From Candidatus Micrarchaeia archaeon (GTDB lineage Archaea; Micrarchaeota; Micrarchaeia; Micrarchaeales; Micrarchaeaceae), in contig JBMFWY010000011.1 of assembly GCA_049964795.1 (NCBI GenBank), positions 1 through 25,044 on the forward strand: a stretch of DNA of 25,044 bases, written 5' to 3'. Every line of letters begins with the position of its first letter. Within the stretch, counting starts at the first letter, position 1. This document shows positions 23,995-25,044 of this stretch, in pieces. The notes beneath the pieces are model-generated. The model was not told the DNA's origin. It saw nothing but the letters and a program-made list of their open reading frames with translations, and ran no database searches. The position numbers and the translations under genes were made by a program.

Positions 23995-25044
23995 ATGAGC
24001 ACGGATACAACTTATGTAGGCAAGTACGGCCAGCTTCGCGTGCTTAGCACCCAATTCTTAAAGAAAGAGCTAATTGAACAGCTGTCAGAAAAAGAGGGCC
24101 CCGAGTTGCTGAAAAACCTTTCTTCGACTACCTACAAGCAAGAAATAGACAGCTTATCAGCGCTTTACAAAATGCCAGATCTTTTCGAGGCGGTAATCAA
24201 TGCACATATGATGAAGATGATGAGATATGTGCTTTTTGCAATGCCTCCTAGCGCAAAGGACTTTGTTGTAGCTTATCTCAGCAAGTTTGACATAGAGAAC
24301 ATAAAACTCATATTGTCTTCCAAAATACTAGGCTATGACGTAGAGCAAACCGAGAATTTTCTTATGGTACAAAGAAATATACCTGCAGGTCTCATGGGAG
24401 GTATAATAAGCGGGAGCGACTACAAGAACATGATAGCGCAAAACGACATAGAAGGAGTGGTAAAATACCTTGCAAAATACGGCTACGGAGTTGTATTACT
24501 AAAATATTTGGATGAAGTGAAAAGGGCAGGAAACCTTGCACCTATGATATTGGCACTTGACAAATATTATTACGAAAGGCTGTTTGAGGAATACAGGTTT
24601 CACAACAGCTATGAAGGAAGCATCAGAGAATTCCTGCAAGAGATGGTAGACATCAAGAATATAGTCAGCGCCGCAAAAGCATCTTCTATCGGCTATACCC
24701 CAAGCAAGGAGGATTTCATACCAAATGGCAAGATACCCGAAGCAAAGCTTGCCGAGCTGGCTTCAAAGGGCATAGAAGAAATTGCCGAAGGCATACCTTT
24801 CAAAATAGGCAATGCGATAGAGCTCTATAAGGAGAGGCCTTTTATAAGCTTTATAGAAGTCGCATTAAAGCGCGAACTTTACAAGAAGTACATGGGAGTA
24901 TTCGAAAGATCCCCATTTTCGATAGCTTTCATGCTAAACTTCATGCTGAAAAGTGAGATAGAGAGGGATGAGTTGCGAAACGTGTGGCTCATTAAATTTT
25001 ACGGAGTGAGGAAAGAGATTGCTGAATCGATGAAAGTGCTGAAG
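23995..25044 (+). CDS. atpC: A/V-type ATP synthase subunit C (runs off the window end; absent from the ORF track)
   Basis: Open frame from ATG 23995: MSTDTTYVGKYGQLRVLS...L-STTY...KFDIENIKLILSSK...LDKYYY...VDIKNI...FIPNG...SEIERDELRNVW. Confidence 0.9.
   Translation, partial: MSTDTTYVGKYGQLRVLSTQFLKKELIEQLSEKEGPELLKNLSSTTYKQEIDSLSALYKMPDLFEAVINAHMMKMMRYVLFAMPPSAKDFVVAYLSKFDIENIKLILSSKILGYDVEQTENFLMVQRNIPAGLMGGIISGSDYKNMIAQNDIEGVVKYLAKYGYGVVLLKYLDEVKRAGNLAPMILALDKYYYERLFEEYRFHNSYEGSIREFLQEMVDIKNIVSAAKASSIGYTPSKEDFIPNGKIPEAKLAELASKGIEEIAEGIPFKIGNAIELYKERPFISFIEVALKRELYKKYMGVFERSPFSIAFMLNFMLKSEIERDELRNVWLIKFYGVRKEIAESMKVLK

Noticed and set aside
206-24054. Numerous 60-155 aa ORFs antisense to or nested in recognised genes
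   Set aside because: Shadow ORFs of well-supported genes, Ser/Phe/Leu-biased, without motifs or RBSs.

Overview
Archaeal chromosomal segment, most consistent with a Micrarchaeota (DPANN) genome. That assignment is an inference from the LamG/class-III-signal pilin, the large tandem Lrp protein, the K-E-C ATPase gene order and BRE-TATA promoters with GGTGA ribosome-binding sites. Most of the window is housekeeping, largely tRNA and translation: tRNA-Ala(CGC), class I CCA-adding enzyme, AK6-type kinase, DUF357, Trm1, ScpA/ScpB, PduO, single-TRAM protein, ValRS, uS15, eS1, AspRS, PadR, THUMP-FtsJ methyltransferase, RtcB, CDGSH protein and the start of the A/V-ATPase operon (K, E, C). The accessory parts are more interesting. 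(i) At 7816-10139 a tandem Lrp/AsnC protein with a transposase-like N-terminal domain faces a three-gene operon of small proteins across an AT-rich spacer with repeated TTACTAATA boxes. That operon includes a stand-alone RAM-like domain and a 47-aa ORF missing from the track. (ii) A MidA/NDUFAF7-like methyltransferase is bracketed by an 11-bp direct repeat. (iii) A 14-bp-period operator-like array lies in front of padR. (iv) The LamG pilin has a compositionally distinct central cassette. (v) The tRNA shows an apparent A18:G55 covariation. No CRISPR array, rRNA or intact transposase/integrase was seen.
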